Of a DNA stretch of 64,000 nucleotides, positions 48,341 through 59,599 are shown piece by piece. The notes below the pieces were generated by a model. It was not told the origin of the DNA, did no database searches, and was given only the letters and a program-made list of their open reading frames with translations. Each line of letters begins with the position of its first letter. Position 1 is the stretch's first letter. A program made the translations under genes and the position numbers. Source of the stretch: Gemmatimonadota bacterium (GTDB lineage: Bacteria; Gemmatimonadota; Gemmatimonadetes; Longimicrobiales; Gaopeijiaceae). The stretch spans positions 1,056,001 to 1,120,000 of the forward strand of contig JAXHMG010000003.1 of assembly GCA_034521595.1 (NCBI GenBank). Reading direction: 5' to 3'.

Positions 48341-50754
48341 ATGCTTCTTATCGCTGGCTCCTCGAGCTCGTCCCCGGGCTCGACCTCGATGCGGAGGCGG
48401 TATCGGAGCACCTCGCGCTCCGCGGGGCCCCCGTAGAGGACACGCACGCCCCCGGGGCGTCGCTCGAGGACGTTGTCGTGGGCGAGGTTCTGGAATCGGA
48501 CCCGCACCCGAACGCGGACCGGCTCACGCTGTGCACGGTCGACGGAGGTGACGGAGCGGTTCAGGTGGTGTGCGGCGCGCCGAACGTGAAGGTCGGCGCA
48601 CGGTACCCGTTCGCGCCGGTCGGAGCCGTGCTCCCGGGCGACTTCCGCATCAAGAAGGCCAAGATTCGGGGTGAGGTGTCCCAGGGTATGCTGTGTTCCG
48701 CCAAGGAGTTGGGGCTGGGGGCCGACCACCAGGGCATCATGGAGCTCGCGGGCGACTTCGAACCGGGCGCCTCCTTTGTGGAGGCGCTCGGTCTCGACGA
48801 CACGACGCTCGACGTGGAGGTCACCGCGAACCGTGGAGACCTGTTGTCCCATCTGGGCTTGGCGCGCGAGCTGGCGCCCGCCGGCGAAGGACGCGTCGTG
48901 CTTCCGGAGTTGCCGGGTGTCGAGGTCCTGGAGCTCGAATACCGTCGGGACGCGTCGCGGGTCGAAGGCGCCGGGGTGGCCGTGGAGGTTCGAGAGCCGG
49001 CGCTCTGTCCCAGGTATCTAGGGGCGATCGTTCGGAACGTCACGGTCGGACCGTCACCGGCCTGGCTCCAGCGTCGCTTGCGGGGCACCGGCGCCCGGCC
49101 GATCAACAACGTGGTGGACGCGACCAACTACGTCATGCTGGAGTTGGGACAGCCCTTGCACGCCTTCGATCTCGGGAAGCTCTCGGGCTCCGAGGTCGTC
49201 GTGCGGCAGCCCGAATCCGACGAAGTCCACGTCACCACTCTGGACGGCGAACGGCGTGCGTTGAGCGCCGACATGTTGATGATTTGTGACGCGGAGCATC
49301 CGGTCGCCATCGCCGGGGTGATGGGCGGCCTGGATTCGGAGGTCGACGAAGCGACCACGGACCTCTTTCTGGAGTGCGCCTGGTTCGACCCCAAGTCGAT
49401 TCGCGCGACGCGGCGCGCGCTCGGAATGTCCACGGACGCTTCGTACCGGTTCGAGCGAGGCATCGACCCCGAGGGCCTGGAGCGGGCGCTGGCGCGCTGC
49501 GCGAGTCTCATCGCGGCCATCGCGGGAGGCACGGTCGACGGTCCGGTGCTCGATTGCGGAAGCCCGACGTACGAAGCCGATGTCGTGCCCCTCCGTCTCT
49601 CACGGGTCGAACGCCTCCTCGGTGTGCCGTTCACCGGGGACGAGGTCGGCCGCCTCCTCGAGCCACTCGGCTTCGTGCTCGAGCACGAGACGAACGGAAC
49701 CCTGCATTTTCGCATACCGGGGTTTCGTAGCCACGACGTGCACCGCGAAGTGGATCTGATCGAAGAAGTGGCGCGAAGCCACGGGTACGACGCGTTTCCG
49801 TCCGAGCTGGGTCCTTACCGACCCGGAACGGTCCCCGACCATCCCCTGTTTCGACTCGAGGACGAGTTGCGCGGAAAGCTCGCCGCCAGAGGACTCTTCG
49901 AAGCGCAGACACCCGCCTTCGTTCCGGAAGGTGAAGGCGAAGTCGAGGTGGCGAATCCTCTGGCCACGACCGAGCCCTTCATGCGACGCACGCTCCTCCC
50001 GTCGCTGCTCCGAAGAGTGGAGTACAACCTCGCGCGGGGAAACCGAGACGTCAGGCTCTTCGAATTCGGGACCTCGTTCCGTAAGGCCGAGTCCGGCGCG
50101 CCCCCGCTCGAGCGGCCCAACCTGGCGATGGTGCTCACCGGAAGGCGTCGCCCCGTGCACTGGTCTTATCCCTCCGAGTCGGTAGACGTCTGGGACCTGA
50201 AATCGCTGGTCGAGGAGGTGGCCACTCAGGCCTACCGGGGAAGGTCCGCGGTCCGCGTCGCCCAGAACGAGAACGGAGGGGCGGCCGCGTTCGAGCCGGA
50301 CTCCGGGTTCGTCGTGCACGATAGCGACGGAAGCGTCGTGGGTCGGGCCGGGAAGGTACGGGACGATCTGGTGGACGCGCCTGCCTGGGCCGGTGACGTC
50401 TGGGGCTTCGAGTTGACGCTGCCCGACGTGCCGGAGAGCGCGCCCGTTCCCACCCACGTCCCTCTGCCGCAGCATCCAGCGGTCGAGCGGGATCTGGCGC
50501 TCCTCGTTCCGGACGGCGTCCCCGCCGGAACGGTCCTCGACACCTTGCGGCGAGACGGTGGCACCCAGCTCGAAGACGTGCTGGTGTTCGACCTCTACGA
50601 AGGGACCGGTGTGCCGGAGGGGACGCGTTCGATCGCCTTCCGCTTGCGCTTCAGGGATCCCGAGCGAACGCTGAAGGACGAAGAGGTGGACCGTGTGGTG
50701 GAACGCCTTCTCGACGGCCTGGGGGAGGAGTTCGGTGTACGGTCCAGGGGATAG
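48337..50754 (+). CDS. pheT: Phenylalanine--tRNA ligase beta subunit
   Basis: HPNADRL, VCGAPN, NRGDLLSH, INNVVDATNY, GQPLHAFD, SYRFERG, DLIEEVAR; ATG 48337 overlaps the pheS stop. Confidence 0.97.
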   Translation: MNASYRWLLELVPGLDLDAEAVSEHLALRGAPVEDTHAPGASLEDVVVGEVLESDPHPNADRLTLCTVDGGDGAVQVVCGAPNVKVGARYPFAPVGAVLPGDFRIKKAKIRGEVSQGMLCSAKELGLGADHQGIMELAGDFEPGASFVEALGLDDTTLDVEVTANRGDLLSHLGLARELAPAGEGRVVLPELPGVEVLELEYRRDASRVEGAGVAVEVREPALCPRYLGAIVRNVTVGPSPAWLQRRLRGTGARPINNVVDATNYVMLELGQPLHAFDLGKLSGSEVVVRQPESDEVHVTTLDGERRALSADMLMICDAEHPVAIAGVMGGLDSEVDEATTDLFLECAWFDPKSIRATRRALGMSTDASYRFERGIDPEGLERALARCASLIAAIAGGTVDGPVLDCGSPTYEADVVPLRLSRVERLLGVPFTGDEVGRLLEPLGFVLEHETNGTLHFRIPGFRSHDVHREVDLIEEVARSHGYDAFPSELGPYRPGTVPDHPLFRLEDELRGKLAARGLFEAQTPAFVPEGEGEVEVANPLATTEPFMRRTLLPSLLRRVEYNLARGNRDVRLFEFGTSFRKAESGAPPLERPNLAMVLTGRRRPVHWSYPSESVDVWDLKSLVEEVATQAYRGRSAVRVAQNENGGAAAFEPDSGFVVHDSDGSVVGRAGKVRDDLVDAPAWAGDVWGFELTLPDVPESAPVPTHVPLPQHPAVERDLALLVPDGVPAGTVLDTLRRDGGTQLEDVLVFDLYEGTGVPEGTRSIAFRLRFRDPERTLKDEEVDRVVERLLDGLGEEFGVRSRG

Positions 50755-51046
50755 AGAGGAACGACCCGAAGAGGCGGCGCTGGAGGATCTCGAACGGGCC
50801 GTTGCGGATGCGGTCGAGCGGTTGCGCGATCTGCAGGAACGCGTGGAAGCCGCTGAAACGCGCTCCGCGCAACTGCAACAGCTCGTCGGCCGGTTCACGG
50901 GCGATGCGAAGGGCGCATCGGACCTCCTGACCCGACTCGGTCACCTCGACGACGAGAACGCGGATCTTCGCGAGCGTCTCGATCGGGGGCGTGCGGCCGT
51001 CGAGCGGCTCCTCGCCAGGATCCGCTTTCTGGAGGATCAGAGATGA
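50735..51046 (+). CDS. Coiled-coil protein, ZapB-like
   Basis: Heptad-rich; between pheT and zapA; GAGGAG RBS before GTG 50735. Confidence 0.7.
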   Translation: MYGPGDREERPEEAALEDLERAVADAVERLRDLQERVEAAETRSAQLQQLVGRFTGDAKGASDLLTRLGHLDDENADLRERLDRGRAAVERLLARIRFLEDQR

Positions 51047-51357
51047 GCGAGGAAAAGCGATCGGTAACGGTGCGCATCGCGGGTGAGGAGCACACGATCC
51101 GGGCCAGCGCGGAGCCCGCGTATACGAGGAAATGCGCCAAGCACGTGGATGAGCGCATCCACGAGATCCGTCGGCAAGCGGGGCTCATCGAAGGGCACAA
51201 AGCCGCGATCCTGGCCGCGTTGTCCATCGCGGACGAGTGTTTCCAGGCCCAGGAAGAGCTCGAGCGCCTCCGAGGCGACGTCGTGCGTCGGACCCGACAC
51301 CTCACGGAGCTCATTCGCGACGAGGCTCCGCCCGAGCATGACGGGGACGGTTCTTGA
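51043..51357 (+). CDS. zapA: Cell division protein ZapA
   Basis: VTVRIAGEEHTI...A.HVDERI...AILAALSIADE. Confidence 0.9.
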   Translation: MSEEKRSVTVRIAGEEHTIRASAEPAYTRKCAKHVDERIHEIRRQAGLIEGHKAAILAALSIADECFQAQEELERLRGDVVRRTRHLTELIRDEAPPEHDGDGS

Positions 51358-51499
51358 GCCCGGCTTGCGCCGGTGATCACCGGGAACCTATTGTCACATC
51401 GTTATCTGGGATGGTTCGGCCCGTCGTTTTGGCGGATCGGGACCTCCTTCAGTCGATCACCTTCGATCCGTTTCGGCGGGTCGATTCAGGAGTCGATAC

Positions 51500-53074
51500 A
51501 TGATCACCCCGCCCCTGATTATGGCGGCGGCGGCAGGGATCGTTCTGGGCGTGCTCGTCGGTTTCGTGGTGACGCGAAGCCGTGAGCGTAGCGCGCGCGA
51601 GCTCGAGAAGAGCCGCGGACAGGACGAAGCCTCCCGCATCCTGGCACAAGCCCGAGAGGAAGCGGAGAAAGCGCGCAAAGCCGGAGAGCTCGAAGGCCGC
51701 GAAGCCGGCGTCCGAATGCGGGAAGCCTGGGAGCAGGAAGAAGCCCGCCGACGTGAGGAAGTCGAGCGCGCGGAACGCCGCGCCGAAGAGCGAGCCGATT
51801 CGCTCGAGCGCCAGCTGGAACGGCTAGCTAGCCGGGAAGCGCAGCTCGAGGAGCGCCTCGAAGACGTCGCGTCCCGGGAGAAGGAGCTGGCCACGAAGGG
51901 CACGGATCTCGAAGAGCGTGAGCGGGAGGCAAAGGCCCGGCTCGAGCACGTGGCGGGGCTGACCGAGGCGGAAGCCCGGGCCGAGCTCGTGGAAGATCTC
52001 ACGGAAGCGGCCAAGGCGGATGCGGCCAACTCGATCCGTGAGATCAAGGAGAAGGCCCAACGTGAAGCGGATCGCGAGGCACGCAAGATCGTGGCGCTGG
52101 CGATCCAGCGAATGGCGGCGGACCTGACCGCCGAAACCACCGTTTCGGTGGTTCAACTCCCCTCCGACGAGATGAAGGGTCGGATCATCGGAAGGGAAGG
52201 AAGAAACATCCGGGCCTTCGAGCACGAGACCGGGGTCGATGTCATCATCGACGACACGCCCGAGGCGGTCGTGCTCTCGGCGTTCGACCCCGTGCGGAGG
52301 GAGGTCGCCCGCATCGCCCTGGAGCGTCTCGTGGAAGACGGGCGGATCCATCCCGGGCGGATCGAGGAGACGGTCGAGAAAGCGACCGAGGAGGTCGAAG
52401 CCTCCATGCTGGAAGCGGCCGAAGAGGTGCTGTACGAGCTGGGCGTGCACAACGTGCACCCGGAGATCGTGAAGACCCTCGGAAGGCTTCGCTTCCGGAC
52501 CTCGTACGGACAGAACCAGCTCCAACACGCGCGGGAAGTCGCGCTCCTGGCCGCGAACATGGCGGCTGAGATGGGACTCGACGTCCAGGGCGCGAAGAGA
52601 GCGGCCATCCTCCACGACGTCGGCAAGGGGATGACTCACGAGCACGAAGGCACGCACGTCGAGTTGGGCTACCGGCTGTGCAAGAAGCATGGCGAGACCG
52701 ACCTCGTCCTCAACGCGATCAAGGCACACCACGACGAGGAACCCCATTTCTTCGCCGAAACCTTCCTCGTGACGGCGGCTGACGCGATCAGCGGCTCGAG
52801 GCCGGGCGCCCGCCGAGAGATGTTCGAAGGGTACGTGAAGCGACTCGAGAAGCTCGAGGAGCTCGCGACGGAGCAGCCGGGGGTGGAGCGCTGCTTCGCG
52901 ATCCAGGCCGGACGAGAGTTACGCGTGATGGTCGAGCCCGGTGAGGTCAGTGACGGAGATATCGCTCAGATCTCGGAATCCGTGGCCCGTCGCATCGAGA
53001 GTGAGCTTCAATACCCGGGACAGATCAAGGTCGTCGTGGTGCGCGAGACGCGGGCGGTCGACTTCGCCCGTTAG
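51500..53074 (+). CDS. rny: Ribonuclease Y
   Basis: N-terminal TM, coiled coil, [13 protein letters not shown] (KH), LHDVGK (HD), [10 protein letters not shown]. Confidence 0.97.
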   Translation: MITPPLIMAAAAGIVLGVLVGFVVTRSRERSARELEKSRGQDEASRILAQAREEAEKARKAGELEGREAGVRMREAWEQEEARRREEVERAERRAEERADSLERQLERLASREAQLEERLEDVASREKELATKGTDLEEREREAKARLEHVAGLTEAEARAELVEDLTEAAKADAANSIREIKEKAQREADREARKIVALAIQRMAADLTAETTVSVVQLPSDEMKGRIIGREGRNIRAFEHETGVDVIIDDTPEAVVLSAFDPVRREVARIALERLVEDGRIHPGRIEETVEKATEEVEASMLEAAEEVLYELGVHNVHPEIVKTLGRLRFRTSYGQNQLQHAREVALLAANMAAEMGLDVQGAKRAAILHDVGKGMTHEHEGTHVELGYRLCKKHGETDLVLNAIKAHHDEEPHFFAETFLVTAADAISGSRPGARREMFEGYVKRLEKLEELATEQPGVERCFAIQAGRELRVMVEPGEVSDGDIAQISESVARRIESELQYPGQIKVVVVRETRAVDFAR

Positions 53075-53141
53075 CGTGGCGACATTGTTCCGCGTGCGCC
53101 CGGAGACAGGCGCGTCGACTCCAAACACGGGCTGTAGGCGA

Positions 53142-54038
53142 ATGAGCGCTGAGATCATTTCCGGTACCGAGATCGCGAAGGTCATCCGCGCGGAGTTGAA
53201 GGACCGCGTGGCCACGCTCACCGCCGACGAAGACGTGACGCCGGGGCTGGCCACGGTCCTCGTCGGGGATGACCCGGCCTCGCAGATGTACGTGCGAATG
53301 AAGAATCGCGTCGCCGGGGAGATGGGAATTCACTCCCGACAGCACACGCTACCGGCGGACACCTCCCAGGAAGAGTTGCTGGGACTCGTCGAAGGGCTGA
53401 ACGCCGATCCCGCCATCCACGGAATCCTCGTGCAGCTCCCACTTCCGGAGCACATCGACGAAGCGGAGGTCATCGAAACCATCGATCCGCGGAAGGACGT
53501 GGACGGCTTTCATCCGATGAGCGTGGGACGCCTCGCAACGGATTCGGGAGTGTTCTTTTCTCCGTGCACGCCCGCCGGCATCGTGGAGATGCTGATGCGC
53601 AGCGGGCACGATCCGGCCGGCAAGCATGTCGTGATCCTGGGCCGCTCCAATATCGTCGGACGGCCGCTCGCGTCGCTCCTGCTGCGGAAGGCGCCGGGCG
53701 GAAACGCGACGGTGACCGTCTGTCATTCCCGCACACCCGACCTCGCGACCGAGACGAAGCGCGCGGACATTCTCGTGGTGGCGATGGGCCGGCCCGAGAT
53801 GGTGACGGCGGAGATGGTCCGTCCGGGCGCCGTGGTCATCGACGTCGGGACGAACCGGGTCGACGACCCGACTGCCGAGAAGGGGTACCGTGTCTGCGGT
53901 GACGTGCGCTTCGACGAGGTCAAGGAGGTCGCGAGCGCGATTTCGCCCGTGCCCGGGGGCGTCGGCCCGATGACCATCACGATGTTGCTCTCCAACACGG
54001 TCGAATCCGCCGCTCGTGCGGCGAGCACCCGGGACTGA
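53142..54038 (+). CDS. folD: Methylenetetrahydrofolate dehydrogenase/cyclohydrolase
   Basis: [40 protein letters not shown]. Confidence 0.97.
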   Translation: MSAEIISGTEIAKVIRAELKDRVATLTADEDVTPGLATVLVGDDPASQMYVRMKNRVAGEMGIHSRQHTLPADTSQEELLGLVEGLNADPAIHGILVQLPLPEHIDEAEVIETIDPRKDVDGFHPMSVGRLATDSGVFFSPCTPAGIVEMLMRSGHDPAGKHVVILGRSNIVGRPLASLLLRKAPGGNATVTVCHSRTPDLATETKRADILVVAMGRPEMVTAEMVRPGAVVIDVGTNRVDDPTAEKGYRVCGDVRFDEVKEVASAISPVPGGVGPMTITMLLSNTVESAARAASTRD

Positions 54039-54045
54039 GCGAGCC

Positions 54046-55368
54046 GTGTCGGACGACCTGAGCCTGGATCTCTTCGACGGTGTCGAGGATCCCGAGCCCA
54101 CCTCGGCGGCGGACGAGCCGCCACCGAAGGTTGAAGCACCCACCTCCCCCGAGGCACGGGAGCCTCGGGTCTGGTCCGTATCGCAGGTGAACCGGGCCGT
54201 GCGTGGCCTCCTCGAAGACAATGTCGAGCCGCTCTGGATCGGCGGCGAGATCGGGAGTTGGACCCGCTCGAGGGCCGGTCACCGGTACTTCACACTGAAG
54301 GACGACAAGGCGCAGCTGCGCGCCGTGATGTTCCAGCGGGAAGCTGCGGCTCTTCCGACCGATCCGGACGAAGGGATGAAGGTGCGGGCGCTCGGACAGC
54401 TCACGCTCTACGAGGCCAGAGGAGAGTATCAGCTCGTCGTCCGACGCTTGGAGGCCGAGGGCACGGAAGGCCTGTGGCGCCTGGCGTTCGAGAAGCTGCG
54501 AGGACGCCTGGAGGCCGAGGGTCTCCTCGACCCGGCGCGGAAGCGCCGTCTGCCCGCCTTCCCGGAGTGCGTCGGGGTGGTGACGTCACCCACCGGCGCC
54601 GCGATCCGCGATATCGTGTCCGTGCTGCGACGCCGTGCGCCATGGACCCGGGTCGTGGTGAGCGGAACGCGGGTCCAGGGAGAAGGTGCGTCCGAGGACG
54701 TGGCCGAAGCCCTGAGGACGCTCGTCCGCAGCGGTCACTGCGACGTGATCATCGTGTCCAGGGGCGGCGGCTCCATCGAAGATCTGTGGGCGTTCAACGA
54801 AGAGCCCGTGGCTCGGGCGGTGGCCGACTGTCCGGTCCCCGTCGTCTCGGCCGTGGGTCACGAAGTCGATGTGTCCATCTGCGACCTCGTCGCCGACGTG
54901 CGAGCTCCCACACCGTCGGCCGGCGCCGAAGCCGTCGTTCCCGACGCCGAAGTCGTGTTGGCGAACCTCCGTCAAACCCCGAGCCGGCTGGCACATGCGC
55001 TGCGTGGGATGACGACGCGCAGGCGAGAGAGGATCGACGACCGACTCCTCCGCCTGGGACGTGCGATCGAGCGACGCATGGCACCGGCGCGGCAGTCGGT
55101 CGATCTGTCCACGAGTCGGTTGGAACGCGCGATGCGAAGCCTGGTGGACAAGCGTAAGCGAGCGCTCACCGGCGCGGCGGCGAGACTGGAGGCGCTCTCC
55201 CCGCTCGCGACGCTGCGGCGAGGCTACGCAGTCGCCACCCGTCCGGACGGAAGCGTGATGCGCTCCGTCGACGACTTCTCGCCCGGGACCGACTTCGTGT
55301 TGAGGCTCGACGACGGAAGAGTCGAAGCTACGGCGAACGGGATCATCGCAAGGAGGGAAGATGAGTGA
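54046..55368 (+). CDS. xseA: Exodeoxyribonuclease VII large subunit
   Basis: GHRYFTLKD, TSPTGAAIRD, RGGGSIEDLWAFNEE, GHEVD, TPSA, LSPLATLRRGY. Confidence 0.96.
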   Translation: MSDDLSLDLFDGVEDPEPTSAADEPPPKVEAPTSPEAREPRVWSVSQVNRAVRGLLEDNVEPLWIGGEIGSWTRSRAGHRYFTLKDDKAQLRAVMFQREAAALPTDPDEGMKVRALGQLTLYEARGEYQLVVRRLEAEGTEGLWRLAFEKLRGRLEAEGLLDPARKRRLPAFPECVGVVTSPTGAAIRDIVSVLRRRAPWTRVVVSGTRVQGEGASEDVAEALRTLVRSGHCDVIIVSRGGGSIEDLWAFNEEPVARAVADCPVPVVSAVGHEVDVSICDLVADVRAPTPSAGAEAVVPDAEVVLANLRQTPSRLAHALRGMTTRRRERIDDRLLRLGRAIERRMAPARQSVDLSTSRLERAMRSLVDKRKRALTGAAARLEALSPLATLRRGYAVATRPDGSVMRSVDDFSPGTDFVLRLDDGRVEATANGIIARREDE

Positions 55369-55615
55369 GGAGAACGGCGCGGGGGAGGAAGCGCGCGAGG
55401 AAGAGATGGGGCTCGAAGGCCGTATCCACCGGCTCGAGCAGATTCTGGCGCGGATGGAGTCCGACGACGTGGCGCTCGAGGAGGCGTTGAAGCTGTTCGA
55501 GGAAGGCATCGGCCACGTGCGCCGCGCCGAACGCATCCTCGCGGACACCGAGCTGCGCGTGGAAGAGCTGCTGTCCGCCGACCGCACGGAACCCATGGAG
55601 CTCGAGGAGTCGTGA
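55361..55615 (+). CDS. xseB: Exodeoxyribonuclease VII small subunit
   Basis: RLEQILARMESDDVALEEALKLFEEG. Confidence 0.93.
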   Translation: MSEENGAGEEAREEEMGLEGRIHRLEQILARMESDDVALEEALKLFEEGIGHVRRAERILADTELRVEELLSADRTEPMELEES

Positions 55616-56526
55616 CGAACGTCGAAGCCTTCGATCTGGCCTCTTACCTCGATACCGAGATCCCGCAAGTCGAACGGGCTATCGAGCGAGCCATCGAACG
55701 GATCGAGCCGTCGCTCCCGACCGAGATCGCCTCGGGGGTACGCCACGCGGTGACGACCGGTGGTAAGAGGCTGCGCCCCATCCTGTGCGCGACGGCTTAC
55801 CGGGCGTGCGGTGGAGCGGCCGCCGCCGACCCCCTCTACGACCTCGCCGTTTCCCTGGAGCTGATCCACGCATACTCGCTCGTGCACGACGACCTCCCCT
55901 GCATGGACGACGCGGAGCTGCGCCGGGGCGTGTCCACGACCCACCGGGAGCATGGTGAGGACACGGCCATGGTGTCGGGCGCGGTTCTGATTCCCGGGGC
56001 CGCGCTCCAGGCCATCCGAGCGGCCCGCGCGCTCGGTTGCTCACAGGGTGCCGCTTCCCGCGTCACCCACACGCTGCTCGAAGCCTCCGGTGCGGGCGGG
56101 ATGGTCGGGGGGCAGTGGCTCGACCTTCTGGCCGAGGGTGAGGCACTGGATGCCGCCGCGCTCGATCGTCTGCACAGGCACAAGACGGGAGCGCTCCTGA
56201 CCGCCGCGCTGGTCATGGGCTCCCTCGCCGCGGAAGCGGAACCGTTCGTCACGTCCCGGCTCGAAGAGTACGGTAGGGCCATCGGCCTGGCCTTCCAGAT
56301 CACCGACGACGTGCTCGACGTAACGACGTCCTCGGAGGTGCTCGGAAAGAATCCGAGCGACATCGTCCTGGACAAGTCCACGTACGTATCGCTCTACGGA
56401 CTCGAAGCGGCACGCCGGCGGGCCGACGACCTGGTGGCGGAGGCGCTCGAGGCGCTCCGGCAAGCCCGAATCGACGCACCCGCGTTGACCGCGTTGGCAC
56501 ACTACGTGGTGAGCCGCAAGCACTGA
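55612..56526 (+). CDS. ispA: Farnesyl/geranyltranstransferase
   Basis: GGKRLRP, SLVHDDLPCMDD..LRRG, GMVGGQ, KTGAL, FQITDDVLD. Confidence 0.93.
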   Translation: MTNVEAFDLASYLDTEIPQVERAIERAIERIEPSLPTEIASGVRHAVTTGGKRLRPILCATAYRACGGAAAADPLYDLAVSLELIHAYSLVHDDLPCMDDAELRRGVSTTHREHGEDTAMVSGAVLIPGAALQAIRAARALGCSQGAASRVTHTLLEASGAGGMVGGQWLDLLAEGEALDAAALDRLHRHKTGALLTAALVMGSLAAEAEPFVTSRLEEYGRAIGLAFQITDDVLDVTTSSEVLGKNPSDIVLDKSTYVSLYGLEAARRRADDLVAEALEALRQARIDAPALTALAHYVVSRKH

Positions 56527-56658
56527 GGATTCGACGGAACCGGCCGGGTCCGAGAACGCCCGGTCCTCGTACAATGGTCCGGACGCCCTGTGCGCTCGGC
56601 GATGGGACGGTATCTTTCGAGTCCGAGACCGACCACGACGCAACGAAGGAGTGATGCG

Positions 56659-58566
56659 ATGTCCCTTTTGGATCGCATCCGATATCCCCGGGATCTGAGA
56701 ACCTTGGACCGCAGCGAGCTCGAAGCGGTCGTGCAGGCCGTGCGGGATCGACATATCGACGTAGTGTCCCAGAAGGGTGGACACTTCGGCGCGAGCCTGG
56801 GCGTGGCGGAGCTCACCGTGGCCCTGCACTACGTCTACGACACCCCTCGGGACCAGCTCGTGTGGGATACCGGCCATCAGGCCTACATTCACAAGATCCT
56901 GACCGGCCGGAACGAGCGGTTGCCGACCATTCGCACCAAGGACGGGCTCGCGCCGTTCTGCCGGCGGGACGAGTCGGAGTACGACGCGTTCGGGGCCGGC
57001 CATGCTTCGACCTCCATCTCGGCGGCGTGGGGCATGGCCGTGGGGCGCGACCTCAGCGGACAGGATTTCGACGTGGTGGCGGTGATCGGGGACGGTGCCA
57101 TGGGATGTGGGCTCGCCTACGAGGCGCTCAACAACGCCGGCCATACGGATCGGGACTTCGTGGTCGTGCTGAACGACAACGACATGTCGATCGCGCCGGC
57201 CGTGGGCGCGATGAACAAATACCTGACCGGGATGGTCACGAATCCCGCGTACAACAAGGCACGCAACCTGGTCAAGGAGATCCTCCACCGGGCTCCCTCC
57301 ACCGTCGGCGACGTCGTCGAAGAGGTGGCCGGGCGGTTGGAGGAGAGCGTCATGCACATCCTCACTCCGGGCATGATCTTCGAGGAGCTCGGCTTCCGGT
57401 ACGTCGGTCCGGTGGACGGGCACGACGTTCAGCAGCTCGTCGACACATTCCGGCGCGTCCAGGGCATGCGGGGACCCATTCTGGTCCACGCCCTCACGCA
57501 GAAGGGGCGGGGATTCACCCAGGCGGAAGACGACCCTTGGACGTGGCATGCGGCCGGTCCCTTCGACAAGGTGACGGGAAAGGGCAGCAAAGTCTCCGGC
57601 GGGCTCCCCAGATATCAGAAAGTGTTCGGCAAGGGCCTCATCCAGCTCGCGGACGCGGATCCCCGCGTGTGCGCCATCACCGCCGCCATGCCCGACGGAA
57701 CCTCCACCGACATGTTCCAGGAGGCGCACCCCGACCGATACTTCGACGTCGGCATCGCCGAGGGACACGGCGTGACGTTCGCGGCCGGTCTGACGACACA
57801 GGGGGTGAAGCCCATCGTCGCGATCTACTCGACGTTCCTGCAGCGGGCGTTCGACAGCATCGTGCACGACGTAGCGCTCCAGAGCCTCCCCGTGGTATTC
57901 GGGATGGACCGAGGGGGCATCGCGGGCGCGGATGGCCCGACGCACCATGGGACGCTCGATATCGTATACATGTTGGGCATTCCCGGCATGACCGTTACGG
58001 CGCCCAAGGACGGCGCGGAGATGCTCGCACTCCTCAGGCTGGGAACCGAGCAGCGCGACGGGCCTTGGTCCGTGCGATGGCCCCGGGACACGGTTCCCCG
58101 TGAGGTCCCACACCTCTCCGAGATCCCCCCGATCGAGCCGTTCACGTGGGAGATCCTGCAGAACGGCGGGGACGTCGTATTCCTGGCCACCGGAACCATG
58201 GTGTCTACCTCCGAGGACGCGGCGGCGCAACTCGCGTCCGAAGGGATCGGGGCCACGGTGGTGAACTGTCGGTTCCTGAAGCCGTACGACCGTGAGGTCT
58301 TCGAGGAGATGGTGCGGAGTCACGCCCTGGTCGTCACGGTCGAAGAAGGGCAGGTCACCAACGGGTTCGGCGCGTACATGAGTCGGGAGATCGACGCGTT
58401 GGACCTCGAGAACCGCCCGAAGGTCGTGACGCTGGGAATCCCGGACCAGTTCGTCCAGCACGGGGGGCGGGAAGAGCTGCTCGCGGAGATCGGGCTCGAC
58501 GCGGCGGGCGTGGCCGCTGCCGCGCGCCGGGCGCTCCGGGAGAGTGTGGCCGCGGGGAGCGGGTGA
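56659..58566 (+). CDS. dxs: 1-deoxy-D-xylulose-5-phosphate synthase
   Basis: GHFGASLG, DTGHQAY.HKILTGR, GHASTSISAA, GIAEGH, YSTFLQR; AAGGAG RBS before ATG 56659. Confidence 0.97.
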   Translation: MSLLDRIRYPRDLRTLDRSELEAVVQAVRDRHIDVVSQKGGHFGASLGVAELTVALHYVYDTPRDQLVWDTGHQAYIHKILTGRNERLPTIRTKDGLAPFCRRDESEYDAFGAGHASTSISAAWGMAVGRDLSGQDFDVVAVIGDGAMGCGLAYEALNNAGHTDRDFVVVLNDNDMSIAPAVGAMNKYLTGMVTNPAYNKARNLVKEILHRAPSTVGDVVEEVAGRLEESVMHILTPGMIFEELGFRYVGPVDGHDVQQLVDTFRRVQGMRGPILVHALTQKGRGFTQAEDDPWTWHAAGPFDKVTGKGSKVSGGLPRYQKVFGKGLIQLADADPRVCAITAAMPDGTSTDMFQEAHPDRYFDVGIAEGHGVTFAAGLTTQGVKPIVAIYSTFLQRAFDSIVHDVALQSLPVVFGMDRGGIAGADGPTHHGTLDIVYMLGIPGMTVTAPKDGAEMLALLRLGTEQRDGPWSVRWPRDTVPREVPHLSEIPPIEPFTWEILQNGGDVVFLATGTMVSTSEDAAAQLASEGIGATVVNCRFLKPYDREVFEEMVRSHALVVTVEEGQVTNGFGAYMSREIDALDLENRPKVVTLGIPDQFVQHGGREELLAEIGLDAAGVAAAARRALRESVAAGSG

Positions 58567-59522
58567 CCGCTTCCGGACGCGCGCGGTTGGACGGTCCGGT
58601 CCGCCGCATCGGAGTCGTGCTCCGCTCCGAGAGCCCCGACGTGGACGCGATTCTCGCACGGCTCCACCGTTTCTGTGCGGAGCACGACGTCAGCATCGCC
58701 TTCGAGGCCGGCTCGGAAGAGAGCGTCCCGGTGGAGTCGACCCCCGTCGACGACCGTGCTCGGGCTCTGGCCGGGAACGGCATCGACCTAGTCGTGGCCT
58801 TGGGAGGTGACGGCACGCTCCTCCGGGCGGCACGCTCCGTCAGCGGCACCGGGATCCCCGTGCTGGGCATCAATCTGGGGCGGCTGGGCTTTCTCACGTC
58901 GCTACCCTCCACCGACCTCGAATGGGGCCTCGAACGGACGTTGGAGGGAAACGCGTACCTCGACTTCCGCTTCACGTTGCGAACGATGGTCGAAGACGGG
59001 CGGAGCGGGGGATCCGTACCTTCGGGCGCGGGACAAGACGTTCCGCCGTTCCACGCCCTCAACGACATCGTCGTCCACACACGCGGGGCGGCCCGGGTCA
59101 CGCCGCTCAACATCGAGATCGGGCACTCCGGGGTGTTCGAGGAAGCCGGAAGCTTCTCGGCCGACGGCGTGATCGTGGCCACGCCGACGGGGTCAACGGC
59201 TTACTCGATGTCCGCGGGCGGACCCATCGTCGCTCCCGACGTCGAGTGCATCGTGATCACGCCGATCTGCCCGCACTCCTTGGCGGTCCGTCCGTTCGTG
59301 GTCCCCGCCCAGCGCGACGTCCGCGTGAGCCTACTCGGCGCGCACGTCGGGCACCAACTCACCGTCGACGGGCAGGTGGTCCGGGAGCTCGACACGAACG
59401 AGACGGTGGTCGTCGGGCGGGAGCGCTCTCCGGTTCCTCTCGTACGCTTCAAGTCGCAGTCGTTCCTCAACACGCTCCGCCACAAGCTGAACTGGGCCGC
59501 GCGCCCTCCGGAACGGGCCTGA
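58563..59522 (+). CDS. nadK: NAD(+) kinase
   Basis: LGGDGTLL, GINLGRLGFL, ALND, ATPTGSTAYSMSAGGP. Confidence 0.95.
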   Translation: MTASGRARLDGPVRRIGVVLRSESPDVDAILARLHRFCAEHDVSIAFEAGSEESVPVESTPVDDRARALAGNGIDLVVALGGDGTLLRAARSVSGTGIPVLGINLGRLGFLTSLPSTDLEWGLERTLEGNAYLDFRFTLRTMVEDGRSGGSVPSGAGQDVPPFHALNDIVVHTRGAARVTPLNIEIGHSGVFEEAGSFSADGVIVATPTGSTAYSMSAGGPIVAPDVECIVITPICPHSLAVRPFVVPAQRDVRVSLLGAHVGHQLTVDGQVVRELDTNETVVVGRERSPVPLVRFKSQSFLNTLRHKLNWAARPPERA

Positions 59523-59599
59523 GATGCCGCCGCGCACGGGCTACGACGACGCATCCCGCCATTGTATGCTCCGTTTCCTTCGCCCTAGGTTGAGCGGTC

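Noticed and set aside
51358-51499. Possible 6S RNA after zapA
   Set aside because: Only about 140 bp, no long rod-like self-complementarity visible, and it contains a likely rny promoter (TTGCGC-N18-TATTGT).
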